A stretch of DNA of 64,000 nucleotides, from positions 1,116,001 to 1,180,000 of the forward strand of contig JABVCE010000009.1 in the NCBI GenBank assembly GCA_014905635.1, written 5' to 3'. Below the pieces are notes generated by a model. The model ran no database searches and was not told the origin of the DNA. It worked only from the letters and a program-made list of their open reading frames with translations. The stretch's first letter is position 1; the number at the start of each line of letters is the position of its first letter. Origin of the DNA: Scenedesmus sp. PABB004 (Eukaryota). Positions 47,216 to 61,134 of the stretch are shown here, piece after piece. Position numbers and translations under genes: made by a program.

Positions 47216-48455
47216 GGCGCTGAGCTGCCCGAGAGGCACGCGGAGGCGGGGCGAGGGGCTGGGCGAAAGGGGCGAGCACGCTGGGCGGCGCGGGCAAGGC
47301 AGCGGCACCATGTCTAAACCGCGGCCGCCACTGAGGCTCGCGTGTGCGCCCGACCGCACCGCGCCGGCACCAGGAGCGCGCACGCCGCGCAGCTGCGGAG
47401 CGCGCGCCGGCCCGCAGCCGGCGGCGGCGCGCAGCGCGGCGCGGCGCGCCGCTGCCGCCGCGGCCAGCCGGCGCGCGGCGAGGCCCCGCGCGGCGTCGGG
47501 CGACGAGGGAGAGGCCTGTTACCCCGTCTGCCGCAATGCGCTGACACAAACGCGCGCCTCCCCCGTCGCCGACGACCTCCGGTCCACCTTCAACCGCAGT
47601 CAACCATCTCACGGCGGGGCCCTGATCTCAGAGCGGGGCGCCGCTCTGCCGCCGCCTCCCTCGCTCGCAAAAAGCTCCGCCGCCGACCCTCGCTCGCAAG
47701 AAGCTCCGCCGCCGCTGCGGCCCCCCCACACACGCCACAGCGAGACCTGTGCAGCAATCGAGCCGCCCCATCCACTAGTGCGCCTCCGATCCGCCCCCCG
47801 TCCGGGCAAGCAGCAAGCCAGACACACAGCGCCGGGCGCCGCCGCCGCGCAGCGCCGCTGCGCAAGCGGCGGCGGGCGCCGCGGCCGAGACGAAGCCCCC
47901 CCCCCCCCCCCCATGCACGCGCGCGCGCGCCCCGGCCGCCGCCCGCGGGCCCGCGCCGAGCCGCGGCGCCGCCGCGGCAGCGCCGCCGCGGCTCGGGGCG
48001 AGGCAAGGCGGGCGGGGCCGCCGCCGGGGCGGCGGCGGGGCGCGCGCGGCGCGGGCAGAGAGGGCGGGGCAGCGGGCCGCCGCCGAGCGGCTGGGCGGCG
48101 GCCGCCGCTGCGCCGGGCCCTCGTCCCAAGCACCACCCCCAGTGCGGCGGCGATCGAGCGCGCACAGAGACAGACAGTCGACCGTGTCCAAAGCAGGGGA
48201 CGCACTAGGCATGCAGGCAGGCAGGGCGTCGCAATCCAAGCAGTCGCCGCGGCCGCCCGGCGCGCGGCCGCACGCAGCGCCGGGGGCGCGCCCCCCTCAG
48301 ACCAGGGACGGGGGCAGCACAGGCGCGCGCGCCGCACACGCGCCGGCCGCCCCCTCCCGCGCGCGCTGGGGGCGGCGGGCGCGCGCCACGCAGCGCGTGG
48401 CCGCGGCAGCCACGCGCGCGTGCGCGCCGCCCCCGCCGGGCGCGCGCCAGCCGGC

Positions 48456-50486
48456 TCACGCCTCCATGGTCACCGGCGACGCGAGCCCGCTCGCGGAGCT
48501 CGCGGCCGAGCCGGGCGCGCGCGGCGCGCGCGCCGCGCCGGCCGCGGCCACGACGCCCTTGCCCTTGCACGCGGCGCACGGCGCGGGGCCGGCCGGCAGG
48601 GCCGCCTTGGGGCTGAGGCTGCCGCTGCGGGAGCGCCCCGCGCGCAGCGCGCTCAGCGCCGCCGCGAGGCGCAGGCCGACCTCGTTCTCGTCGCCGCTGC
48701 TCGCGAGGTCGATGTCCGAGTCGGAGGGCAGCGAGGAGAAGCTGGGCATGTGGCGCAGCAGCACCTTGGGCTTGCCCGCGCCGCCGCCAGGCGCGGCCGC
48801 GGGGGCGCCGGCGGGCGCGGCGGCGGCGCCGGCGACACCCGCGCCGCCGCCCGTCGCCGGCGCGGGCAGGGGCAAAAAGGTGTAGTACGCGACGCGCCCG
48901 CCGGTCGCGAGCTCCTGGCACGTCGCGCTCTGGCAGCCGTAGCCGGGCGGGCGCGCCGGCAGCGTGCCCCACGCGTACTCGCCGCTCGCGCTCGCGGCGT
49001 CGACGCTGAGGCTCACGCTCGCGGTCTCGGGCGCAAAGATGCGCAGGATCGCGGCGACCATCGCGCCCGGGTCGTAGGACGCCGGGTCAAAGCCCGCGAG
49101 CTCTACGCTCGCGTAGGAGAAGCCCGGCTCGGGCGTGATGTGGATGGTGATGAAGCCGGCGCCGAGGATGCCATTCATGCTGTACCCGCACGGGTCAAAC
49201 ACGTAGTCGTCCACCGCTGCGCCCGGGACGAGGCCGCGGATGCCCGTCTCTGCGGCCAGGCAGGGAGGGAGGGACGCGGGGGGCGGGCGGGAGGGGAGTG
49301 AGGCAGGGCTGAGGGAGGGCGGCGCAGGGCGCGGCGCGGGGCGGCGGCGGCGGCGCGGCGGCGGGGGCGGCGGCGCGCACGCACCCGTGGTGACCTGCGC
49401 CGCGGGCTTGGCGGGGTCGCGGAAGAACGCGGCAGCCTGGGCCGCGCCGAGGCCGGTCATGCAGACCTCGAGCTTGTGCGTGGGCTTGGCGAGCGGGTGC
49501 AGCGCGTCCTCATACACAGCGCCCTCTGCGTCGGCGACGTACACGTGCCACTGCGGCAGCGGGGCCGGGCGCGGGCGGGCGCGGGCGCAGGTGAGGCCGC
49601 CGGCGCGCGCGCGGCGGTGGCGGCGGCAGCGCGGGCGCGCGGCGCGCGCGGCGCACGCAGCGCGGCACGCAACAGCGCGCGCGGCGCGGCACGCAACACC
49701 GCGCGCGGCGCGCGGCGCACCTGGAGGCCGTTGAACATGTCGCCCAGCACGTAGGCCGACCCGCCGTGCCCCAGGTGCCCAAAGTGGGTGCGCAGGAAGA
49801 AGGCCTCGTGCTCAAACGACGTGTGCGGGAAGGGCTGCGGCGCGGGCGGGGCGGGCGGCGCGCGCGCGCGCGCGCGCGCATGAGCGGCGCGTGAGCGGCG
49901 GGCGCAGCGGCGGCGCGCTGCTGCTGTGCGCGTGCCGCGCCGCGCCGCGCCGCGCGCGCGCCGCCGCACCTGCTGCTCGGGGAAGAGGAACGAGGCGCGG
50001 CTGAACTTGCAGCGCCGCGGCTCCATCGCGAGACCGGCGGCCATCTCGAGCAGGCGCGGCACCGCGGCGAGCAGCTTGGTCGTGCCGCACGTCTTGAGCA
50101 CCCACTTGGTGGGGTAGACGAACAGGCTGCTCTCGCTCAGCACGTACGCGTCGAGCGCGTCGTTGGTGCGCGCGCTGACGATGGTGCAGGCCGCGAGCGA
50201 CATGAGCTCGTCGAGCTGCGCCCGGCTCAGCGCGCGCAGGCCGGCGGCGGGCGAGGACGCGGAGAAGTTGAAGTCGATCTCGACGCGCTTCTCGCTGCCC
50301 TCAAACACTGGGTTCAGGCGACGGCGGTTTGAGGCGGCGGGTGAGTGAGAGGCGCAGCCGCTGGCCGCGCATTGCCCGCTCGCGCGCGCGCTGCCAGGCT
50401 GCCGCCGGCCGCCGCCCGGCGCTCGGCGCCCCGCGCGGCCGCGCACCCGGGTTCGGCAGCACGGCGGGGGTCTCCGGGAGCGTCAT
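48456..50486 (-). CDS. SAMDC: S-adenosylmethionine decarboxylase proenzyme
   Basis: FEGSEKR, AYVLSESSLFV (pyruvoyl cleavage site), KTCGTT, FDPCGYSMN, TIHITPE..FSYAS. Confidence 0.96.
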
Positions 50487-50579
50487 CGCGGCGGTCGGGT
50501 CGCTAGGCGCCGAGGGGTGGCGCGGGAGCGCTGGGCTGATGGCTGCGGAGCTCTAGTGTGTCTATGCGCCCGATGCCTG

Positions 50580-50899
50580 TTAGCTGGGCTTCTTCAGGCA
50601 CTGCGCCGGCACGCGGCGGCGCGGGCGGGGCGGGCGGCGTGAGGCGGGAGGCGGCGGCGCGCAGCGACCACCACGCGATGGGCGGCCCGCCCGGCGCCGC
50701 GCTGCCGCATTTCCTGCCCGCGCCGCGAAATCCTGGCGCCCGGCAACCCCCCGCGCGCAGGGCGCCCCCGCACGGGGCGGCGCGGGGCGTGGGGGCGGCG
50801 CGGCGGGCTCACGTCGGAGAAGGCGACGGAGAACTTGTCGCTGCCAGCGGGCCTAAGGTCGCCAACGAGCTCTATGGTCGGCGGGTAGCAAGCTTGCAT
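50580..50899 (-). CDS. Conserved-peptide uORF of SAMDC (35 aa; exons 50899-50813 and 50600-50580)
   Basis: The spliced product MQACYPPTIELVGDLRPAGSDKFSVAFSD|CLKKPS* matches the land-plant SAMDC small-uORF pattern D-x-RP-x-G..KF....S-x-C-x-K-x-PS*. GTGAG...GCAG intron; stop codon 93 nt before the main ATG. Confidence 0.88.
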
Positions 50900-51251
50900 C
50901 CTGCGTTCAAGACTGGGCTGTGCGTGCGCTCCTCAGCGCTGAGGCCATTCAATGGGCCAACACGGCGCGATGCGGGCGCGCGGGCGGCGGCGCGAGGGCG
51001 GGGGCTGCGCGGGGCGGTGGGGGGAGGGTCTGGGCGGCGCGCGGGGCGGCGCGGAGTCCCCTGAGCGCGGTCTGGGCAGCTTCGGGGTCTAGTGTAGTGC
51101 GCCGCGGCTGCCGGGGACGCTCACTCTCTTGGTTCTGCTGTTCGCAACCGGCAGCCGCACCACACGCGCGCGCGCAGACCGCAGCCCGCAGCTCGCCGCC
51201 GGCAGCAGCGCGCGCCGGCCGCCGCCGCCGCGGGCGCGTGCCGCCGCCGCG

Positions 51252-53219
51252 ATGCAGCTCGTCGTGGGAACCTACGAGCGCTTCCTGCTGGGCTACGCCC
51301 TGCCCGACGCGCTGGCGGTGCGGCGCGGCCGGCGCGCGCGGGCGGCGCTGTCGCGCGCGAGCCGCCGCTGCTCACGCCGTGCCGCCGCGCGCGCAGGCCG
51401 ACTGCGAGCTGCGCCGCTCCTTCACGCACGCGGCCCACCAGGTGGGTGCGCGCGGCGGCGCGGCTGCGCGCCGGCAGCCGCTGCGCGGCGGGGCGCTGCG
51501 CGGCGGCCGACGCTGCCGCCGCCGACGCCGCCGGCGCTGCCGACGCCGCCGCGACGCAGGGCCCCGTGCGCTGCCTGGACGCCGCGGGGCCGTGGGTGGT
51601 GAGCGGCGGGCAGGACGACCAGCTGCACATCTACGACGTCGCGGTGCGCGGGCCGCCGCCGCTGCGGCCGCCGCCGCCGCACGCCGCGCACCCTGCTGCG
51701 CCTGCCGCCGCGCGCCCTGCGCACGCCGCCGCCGGCCCCGCCAACCCTCACCAACGCCGCGCAGCGCGGGCGGGACCTGGGGTTTGTGATGAACCCTGGC
51801 GACGGCGCGGTGCCGTGCGCGGCGTTCCACACGCCGCCCGGCGCCGCGTCGCCGAGCCACCTGCTCAGCGGCAGCGACGACGGCGGCGTCGCGATCTGGC
51901 GCGCCGGCGGCGGCTGGGAGGCGCTGAAGCTGATGCGCGGGCACCGCGGCCCCGTGCGCGGCCTCGCGCTGCACCCGAGCGGCCGCCTCGCGCTGAGCGT
52001 GGGGCACGACGCGAGCCTGCGCATGTGGAACCTCGCCAAGGGGCGCTGCAGCTACACCGCGCGCCTCGACGCTGAGGCCGACGCTGTGCAGTTTGCGCCG
52101 GGCGGCCAGGTGCGGCGGCCGCGGCGGTGGCGGAGGCGCGACAGCGGCGCGGTGCGCACGCGCGCCGCAGCTGCTCGTGCAGACCGCCGTGCCGCCTGCC
52201 CCGCAGCGCTACGCGCTGGTGTGCGACAAGCTCATCAGCCTGCACGCGACCGACGCGGAGGGCGGCCACCTGGCGCAGCTGCGCCACGACCGCCGCGCGT
52301 GCTGCCTGCTGCAGGCGCCCGGCGGCGCCGGGCTGCTGCTGGCGGGGCTGGACGACGGCCGCCTGGCGCTCTGGGACGCGCGCGCGCCCGCGGCGCCGGC
52401 CGCGCAGCTGCCCAAGGCGCACGCGGCGCGCATCCGCGCCCTCGTCGCCGTCACGCCGGGTGCGGCGGCGCCGCCGCAGCGCGGCCGCCAGCGCGCCGGC
52501 GCGCCGCGCGCCCGCCCGCCCGCCGTCGCGCGCCCGCGCCGACGCCCGTCCGTGCCGGCGCGCCGCGCAGACGGCGGCGGCGGGCTGCCGCAGCACATCG
52601 CGTCGGCGTCGAGCGACGGCGTGGTCAAGCTGTGGGACGCCCGCGCGCTCGGCCGCGGCGGCGGCGCCGGCGGCGCGGGGCTGGGCCTCGCGGCGCTGGG
52701 GCAGGTGGCCACGGGCGGGCGCATCACCTGCATGGCCCTCTCCGCGCCCGACCGGCGCGCGCCGCCGCTGCCGGGCGGCGCGGGCGGCGAGGCGGGCGGG
52801 GGCGGCGAGGCGGGCGGGGGCAAGCCCAAGAAGCAGAAGCAGGCGCAGCAGGCGAAGCAGCAGCAGCAGCAGCCGCAGCAGGTGACGGCGAAGCAGCAGC
52901 AGAAGAAGGACAAGCAGCAGCGGCAGCAGCAGCAGCAGCCGGCGTCCGACTCGGACGACGAGGGCCCGCGGCCCCACGGCGGCCGGCGCCGGCCAAGACG
53001 CCGCGGCGGCCCGGCGGCGCGCCCGCGCCGGGGGACGCCGCGCTGGTGCCGCGCGTGGTGACGGCGATCAAGAAGAAGAAGCCCAGCAGGCACGACATGG
53101 TCGCGGCGGCCGCAGCGGCCGCGGCGGGCGGGCCGCGCCCGCGCCCGCGCCCGGGCGGCGGCGGGAAGGCCGGCCGCGCCGCCAGGCCGGCCGCGGGCAA
53201 GAAGCCAGCGGTGCAGTGA
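51252..53219 (+). CDS. WD40 protein, PAK1IP1/Mak11-like (C-terminus ambiguous: 53061 or 53219)
   Basis: MQLVVGTYERFLLGY, SGGQDDQLHIYD, HLLSGSDDG, LHPSGRLALSVG.DASLRMWNL, ASASSDGVVKLWD; Lys/Gln-rich tail. Confidence 0.85.
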
Positions 53220-53460
53220 GCGGCGGCATCGGCCCGGCGGACTCGATCGAGCTGTTCGACTCGGGGGCGACGCGCGGCGCGCGGCGCAGCAGCGCTAAAC
53301 CCAGAGAGTAACAACGCCGCGGCAGTGGGTGCACGCAGGCACACCTCCCGCCAGGCCCGTCCCCCTCGAGCAGCAGCGCCCCCGCCCCCGCGCAGCGCAG
53401 CGGCCGCGCGTCTCGCCGCCGCCGGCAGCAGCAGCGGCAGCAGCGGCGCGCCGCGCCGGC

Positions 53461-54319
53461 ATGGCCGCCGAGGCCCCGCCCTGGGCGACGGCGGTGCTCA
53501 CCTGGGACGAGGTGGCGGAGCTGATCCGCGTCGGCACGGTGGAGAGCCTGGGCAAGCTCCGGCGCAGCGAGGCGCAGCTCCTGGAGTACAGGGCATTCAT
53601 GGACAAGGCGCGCCCCCCTCGCCCGCCGCGCGCCCGCTGCCGCGCCCCGCTGCGCCGAGCTCAGCCCGGTCGCGCGGCCGCGCAGGTGCGGGCCGACTAC
53701 GCGAGCGTGGCGGACTTCATCAAGATCAGCGTCCTCGAGCGCGCGTGCCGCATGAACGCCGGTGCGCCGGCGCCGCCGGCGGCGCGCGGCGGCGCGCGTG
53801 GGGCGCAGGGGGAGGCACCTGGGACCGCCCGGGGGCGCCGCAGCCGACCCTGTGCACCCGCGGCGTGGCGCAGACGGCAAGAAGGAGGCGGTCGACATGG
53901 AGCACGGCTCGCAGCAGCTCGTGTGGCACAGAAACGTGCGGCGCGGCGCGCCCGCGGCAGCGCGGCGGCGTGCTCGGCGGCGGCCCGGGCCGCCCCCGCT
54001 GCCAGGGGCGTGGCGGGGCGGGGCGTGGCGGGGCAGCGGCGCGCAGTGCCCGCGCGCGCCCAGCCCAACCGCAGCCAACCGCCGCAACCGCCGCAACCGC
54101 GGCTCGCAGGACTTTCCGTACTACTTTGAGGACGACGTGCAGCACTGGCTGCTCTGGAGCACAGAGCGCGCGCTGGAGCCGACCGAGATCGCGGCGCAGG
54201 TGGACGCGCGCTGGGGCGCCGACTGGGAGGCGCTCACGTTTGTCAACCCCGCGGCGCTGCAGTCGGTGCTGAGCGTGTGGCACTGCCACGTGCTCGTGCG
54301 CCCGCGGCGGCCGGCCTAG
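53461..54319 (+). CDS. DUF3605/GIG1-family protein, 4 exons
   Basis: LTWDEV, NDFPYYFEDDVQHWLLWS, FVNPAALQSV..VWHCHVLV. Confidence 0.8.
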
Positions 54320-54726
54320 CGTGGGCGCTCGCGCGCACGCGGCGGCGCCTGCTGCGTGGCCGTTGGTGTTGTCGCCACGCGGCCGCCGCCGGCGCGGGCG
54401 CCGCGCTGCTGCGTCCGGCCGTGCTGCGTCCGGCCGCGCTGCTGCGTCCCGCATCTGTCTCCACGCCCTCCCCCCTGCCAGCGCGCGAGAGCCCTCTGCC
54501 AGCGGCTGCCGGGGCGGGGGCGGTCTGCGGTGGTGGTGGGCTGTACTTCTGACTGCGTCCGCTCGGACGATGTTCTTGTTTGAGGGCTTAGGCTTTTGGG
54601 CGCTGCGCCCCGGCAGCTGCCCGGGCGCGCGGCACGGCGGCGCTGCGATGAGGCGGCCGCGAGAGAGCTGGGCGGGTGACCGCGACGGCGGCGCTCACAC
54701 AGCGCCGGTCCCTCGCGCCGCGGCCG

Positions 54727-58286
<3,560 letters not shown>

Positions 58287-58650
58287 GGCGGCGCCACGCC
58301 TCAGACCCGCCTGCGCGCCGGCGGCGTACGCAGCGGCGCGCCCGCGGGCGCCATCTGCTGCTGCCCGCGCCGCAGGCAGGCCCCGGCTGCTGCTCCGCGC
58401 CCGCTGTCGACGAGCGGACACGACTCTGGGAGCGATCTGCGAGTGGCGGAGCTCGCTGTCGATTCTGAGCTGCGCTGCAGCGCTCAAGCGTGGCGCCAAC
58501 TGGCGGCGGCTCGGAGGACAAGGCAAGCTGCGGCGCAGCGCTGCGGCGGGTTGCCCGGGTGTGTGGTGTTGCAACGGCCTCGCTCGCTCGCGCTCCGCGC
58601 GTCGCCCCCGCACCCCAACAAAGCCCCGGTGACCGGTGAACCGCCCGCCG

Positions 58651-59886
58651 TCACGCGCGCCGCCACGTGAAGCCGTCCAGCACGGCGTCGCACTCCCCCA
58701 CGCCCAGCAGCTCCGCAAGGCCCACCTCGCTCAGCAGGCCGAGGCGCGGGCTGGCGGCCAGCGCGCGTGCACGCAGCGCGGGAGAGGGGCACGCCCACTC
58801 GGCGACCAGCACCTGTGGCGCGGCTGGCTGCTGCTCGCCGGCCCGCGCCGCCTGCGCCTCCAGCACCGCCTCTGCCTTGGCGGGGCTCGCGACAACAAAT
58901 GTCAGCGGGCGCTGCGAACGCTGCGGCTGCTCCTGCAACCGGGCCGCCGCCGCGGCGGCGCACTCGCCCAGGGAGGCGCCGTGCAGCAGCTGCGCGGCGC
59001 CCGCGGCCACGCCCGCAGCGCGCAGCGCCGCGGCGGTGGCCGGCTCTCCGTACGTCGACGCCAGCAGCACCTGCTGCTGCGCCGCCACGGCGAGCGCGTT
59101 GACGACGGCCGTGTGCGGCAGCACCGTCAGGGCGCCCTCGGGCGCGGCCGCGCGCGCCGCCGGCGCCGCTGCCGCCAGCGGAGCCGTCGCCAGGGCCGCC
59201 CCGCTGCTGCTGAGCCCGCTGCCGCCTTGTCGTCGTCCGCTGCCGCCGCCTCCCGCGCTCGGGCCGCTGGCGGCGGCGCCGCTGCTGCCCCCGTCACCGC
59301 TGCCGCCACTGCCGCCGCTGCCATGGCACGCGCCCCGTGCGTCCAGCACCGCCCACGGCGCGTCGCGCGCCGCCGCGTACGCCGCCGCCAGGGCCGCGTG
59401 GAGCTGCGCCGGGCTCTCGCGGCGCTCCGTGCACCAGCGCAGCGTGCACGTCGGCCGTATCTCGCCCTCCCATGACGTCTCAATCTCCGCGAGCAGCAGC
59501 GGCCGCGTGACGCGCTCGCGCGGCGGGTCGCCGAGGCGCGCGGGGTCTGGCCGCTCGTCGGCGAGCAGGCGGACCAGCATCGCCGCCTCGACCGCGGGCT
59601 CGCGCACGACCGCCAGCAGCTGCGACAGCTCCCCGTGCAGGCGCGCGCCGGCGGGCGGGAGCGCGCGCGCGCCGCCGAGCACGGCGCGCGCGGCCGCGTG
59701 GCCCCAGCGCGTGTGCAGCGCGTCCAGGCCGGCCACGACGCAGTCCACGTCCAGCACGACGGCCGGCTGCGACGCTCCCGCGCTTTCCGCCGCCGCGACC
59801 GGCGGTGCCCGGGGCGATCTGCACCGGCGCGCTCCCGAGCCGCGCCGGCACCGCGGCGGCGCCGCCCTCCGTCCGGCCGCCTGCAT
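58651..59886 (-). CDS. Divergent HAD-like protein with putative transit peptide, apparently intronless
   Basis: VVLDVDCVV (DxD motif I) after an Arg/Ala-rich leader; later motifs are degenerate (FVVAS, VLVAEW). Confidence 0.5.
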   Translation of the reverse strand: MQAAGRRAAPPRCRRGSGARRCRSPRAPPVAAAESAGASQPAVVLDVDCVVAGLDALHTRWGHAAARAVLGGARALPPAGARLHGELSQLLAVVREPAVEAAMLVRLLADERPDPARLGDPPRERVTRPLLLAEIETSWEGEIRPTCTLRWCTERRESPAQLHAALAAAYAAARDAPWAVLDARGACHGSGGSGGSGDGGSSGAAASGPSAGGGGSGRRQGGSGLSSSGAALATAPLAAAAPAARAAAPEGALTVLPHTAVVNALAVAAQQQVLLASTYGEPATAAALRAAGVAAGAAQLLHGASLGECAAAAAARLQEQPQRSQRPLTFVVASPAKAEAVLEAQAARAGEQQPAAPQVLVAEWACPSPALRARALAASPRLGLLSEVGLAELLGVGECDAVLDGFTWRRA

Positions 59887-60193
59887 TGGTGCTGGGCTCG
59901 CCGATCCGCGGGGGCGACAGGAATCGGGGGGCTGCTTTGAGCGGCGGCGGCAGCGGCGCTGCGACCGGCGGAGCGCGGCGGCGGGCGATGCGCGAGGAGG
60001 GGAGCAGAGGCCTGGCGATGCCTTCAGCTGAGCTGGGCGGCGCTCGACGGGCCGCGCTCGATGCAGACGTCGAGCGCGCCGCGAGGGCCCGAGAACCGCG
60101 CGAAAACGACGAGCGCGCGCACTCCCGCCGCCGCCGCTTGCTTGCCCGCTGACAGTGACCAGCGGCCGCGGCAACACGCAGCCAGCGCGAGCC

Positions 60194-61094
60194 ATGCCGG
60201 TCGCGGCGCTCGTGTGCAGCGCGTCGCAGACGTGCGTCGCGGCGCCGCGCGCTGCAGCGCTCGCCGCTCGCCGCCGCCGCGCCTCTCTGTGCGCCCCTCC
60301 AACCCTCTCACCCTCGCAGGCAGCTGTTGCAGGCGCCCCTGGACGCCAGCGCGACGGCGGGCGAGCTCCGGGTGCGCCGCCGCTGCCGCCGCCGCCGCCG
60401 CTGCCGCTGCCGCCCAACCGCAGACTGCCGGCCGATCGCCGCACGACGCCGCCGCCGCAACACCGCCACTGCCGCCGCCGCAACACCGCCGCAACACCGC
60501 CGCAACGCCGCGCAGGCGTGGGTCGCGCAGGCGCAGGGCGTGGCGCCGCCGGCCGTCGGCGAGGTGTGCACCTCGCGCCGGGCGTGCGCGCCCGCCGGCC
60601 GCGCAGCACGAGCGGCGGCGGCCCGCGCTGCAGCCGCCGCCGCCGCCGCCGCGGGGGCGCCCCGCCGCAGGTGTCGTTCCGGGGCGAGGCGCTGCCGGAC
60701 GGCGCTGCGCTGAGCAGCGCGGGCGTGGGCGCGCGCCGCGGCGCGCCGTCGGGCGTCGTGCCGGGTGACGCGAGCCGCGTCTTTCCCAACGGCTGGTTCG
60801 ACGGACCCTACGCCCGCGCGTACGCAAAGGCACGGCGCGGCGTGCGTGCGCGGCGCCGCCGGCGGCGCGCGGGCGCGGCCGCACGGCCGTGCACCCGTGC
60901 CAGCGCGGCCGCGCCGCCCCCGCCCGCGCCCCCGCGCTCGCGCACCCACCGCGCCACCGCCTCGCCGCCCGCAGAAGCTGGACATAACGTGGCCGCCGCT
61001 GCGCCAGGCGGACTACGACGTGGGCCACGCGTGGGTGGCTGCCCTGCTCGCGGCGCTCGCGCTCGTGAGCTCCCTGCTCGCCAGCAGCCTCTGA
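60194..61094 (+). CDS. Hypothetical small protein with transit-peptide-like N-terminus and C-terminal transmembrane helix
   Basis: Exon-like segments VFPNGWFDGPYARAYAK and KLDITWPPLRQADYDVGHAWVAALLAALALVSSLLASSL* bounded by splice-site consensus. Confidence 0.5.
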
Positions 61095-61134
61095 GCCGAC
61101 CCCCTCCTCGACCCACTGGGCGGCGGGGCGAGCG

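Noticed and set aside
46245..49301. Very long ORFs in the track (e.g. 1018 aa, 854 aa, 826 aa)
   Set aside because: Arg/Ala/Pro/Gly-rich read-throughs of introns or antisense strands, caused by stop-codon scarcity at high GC.
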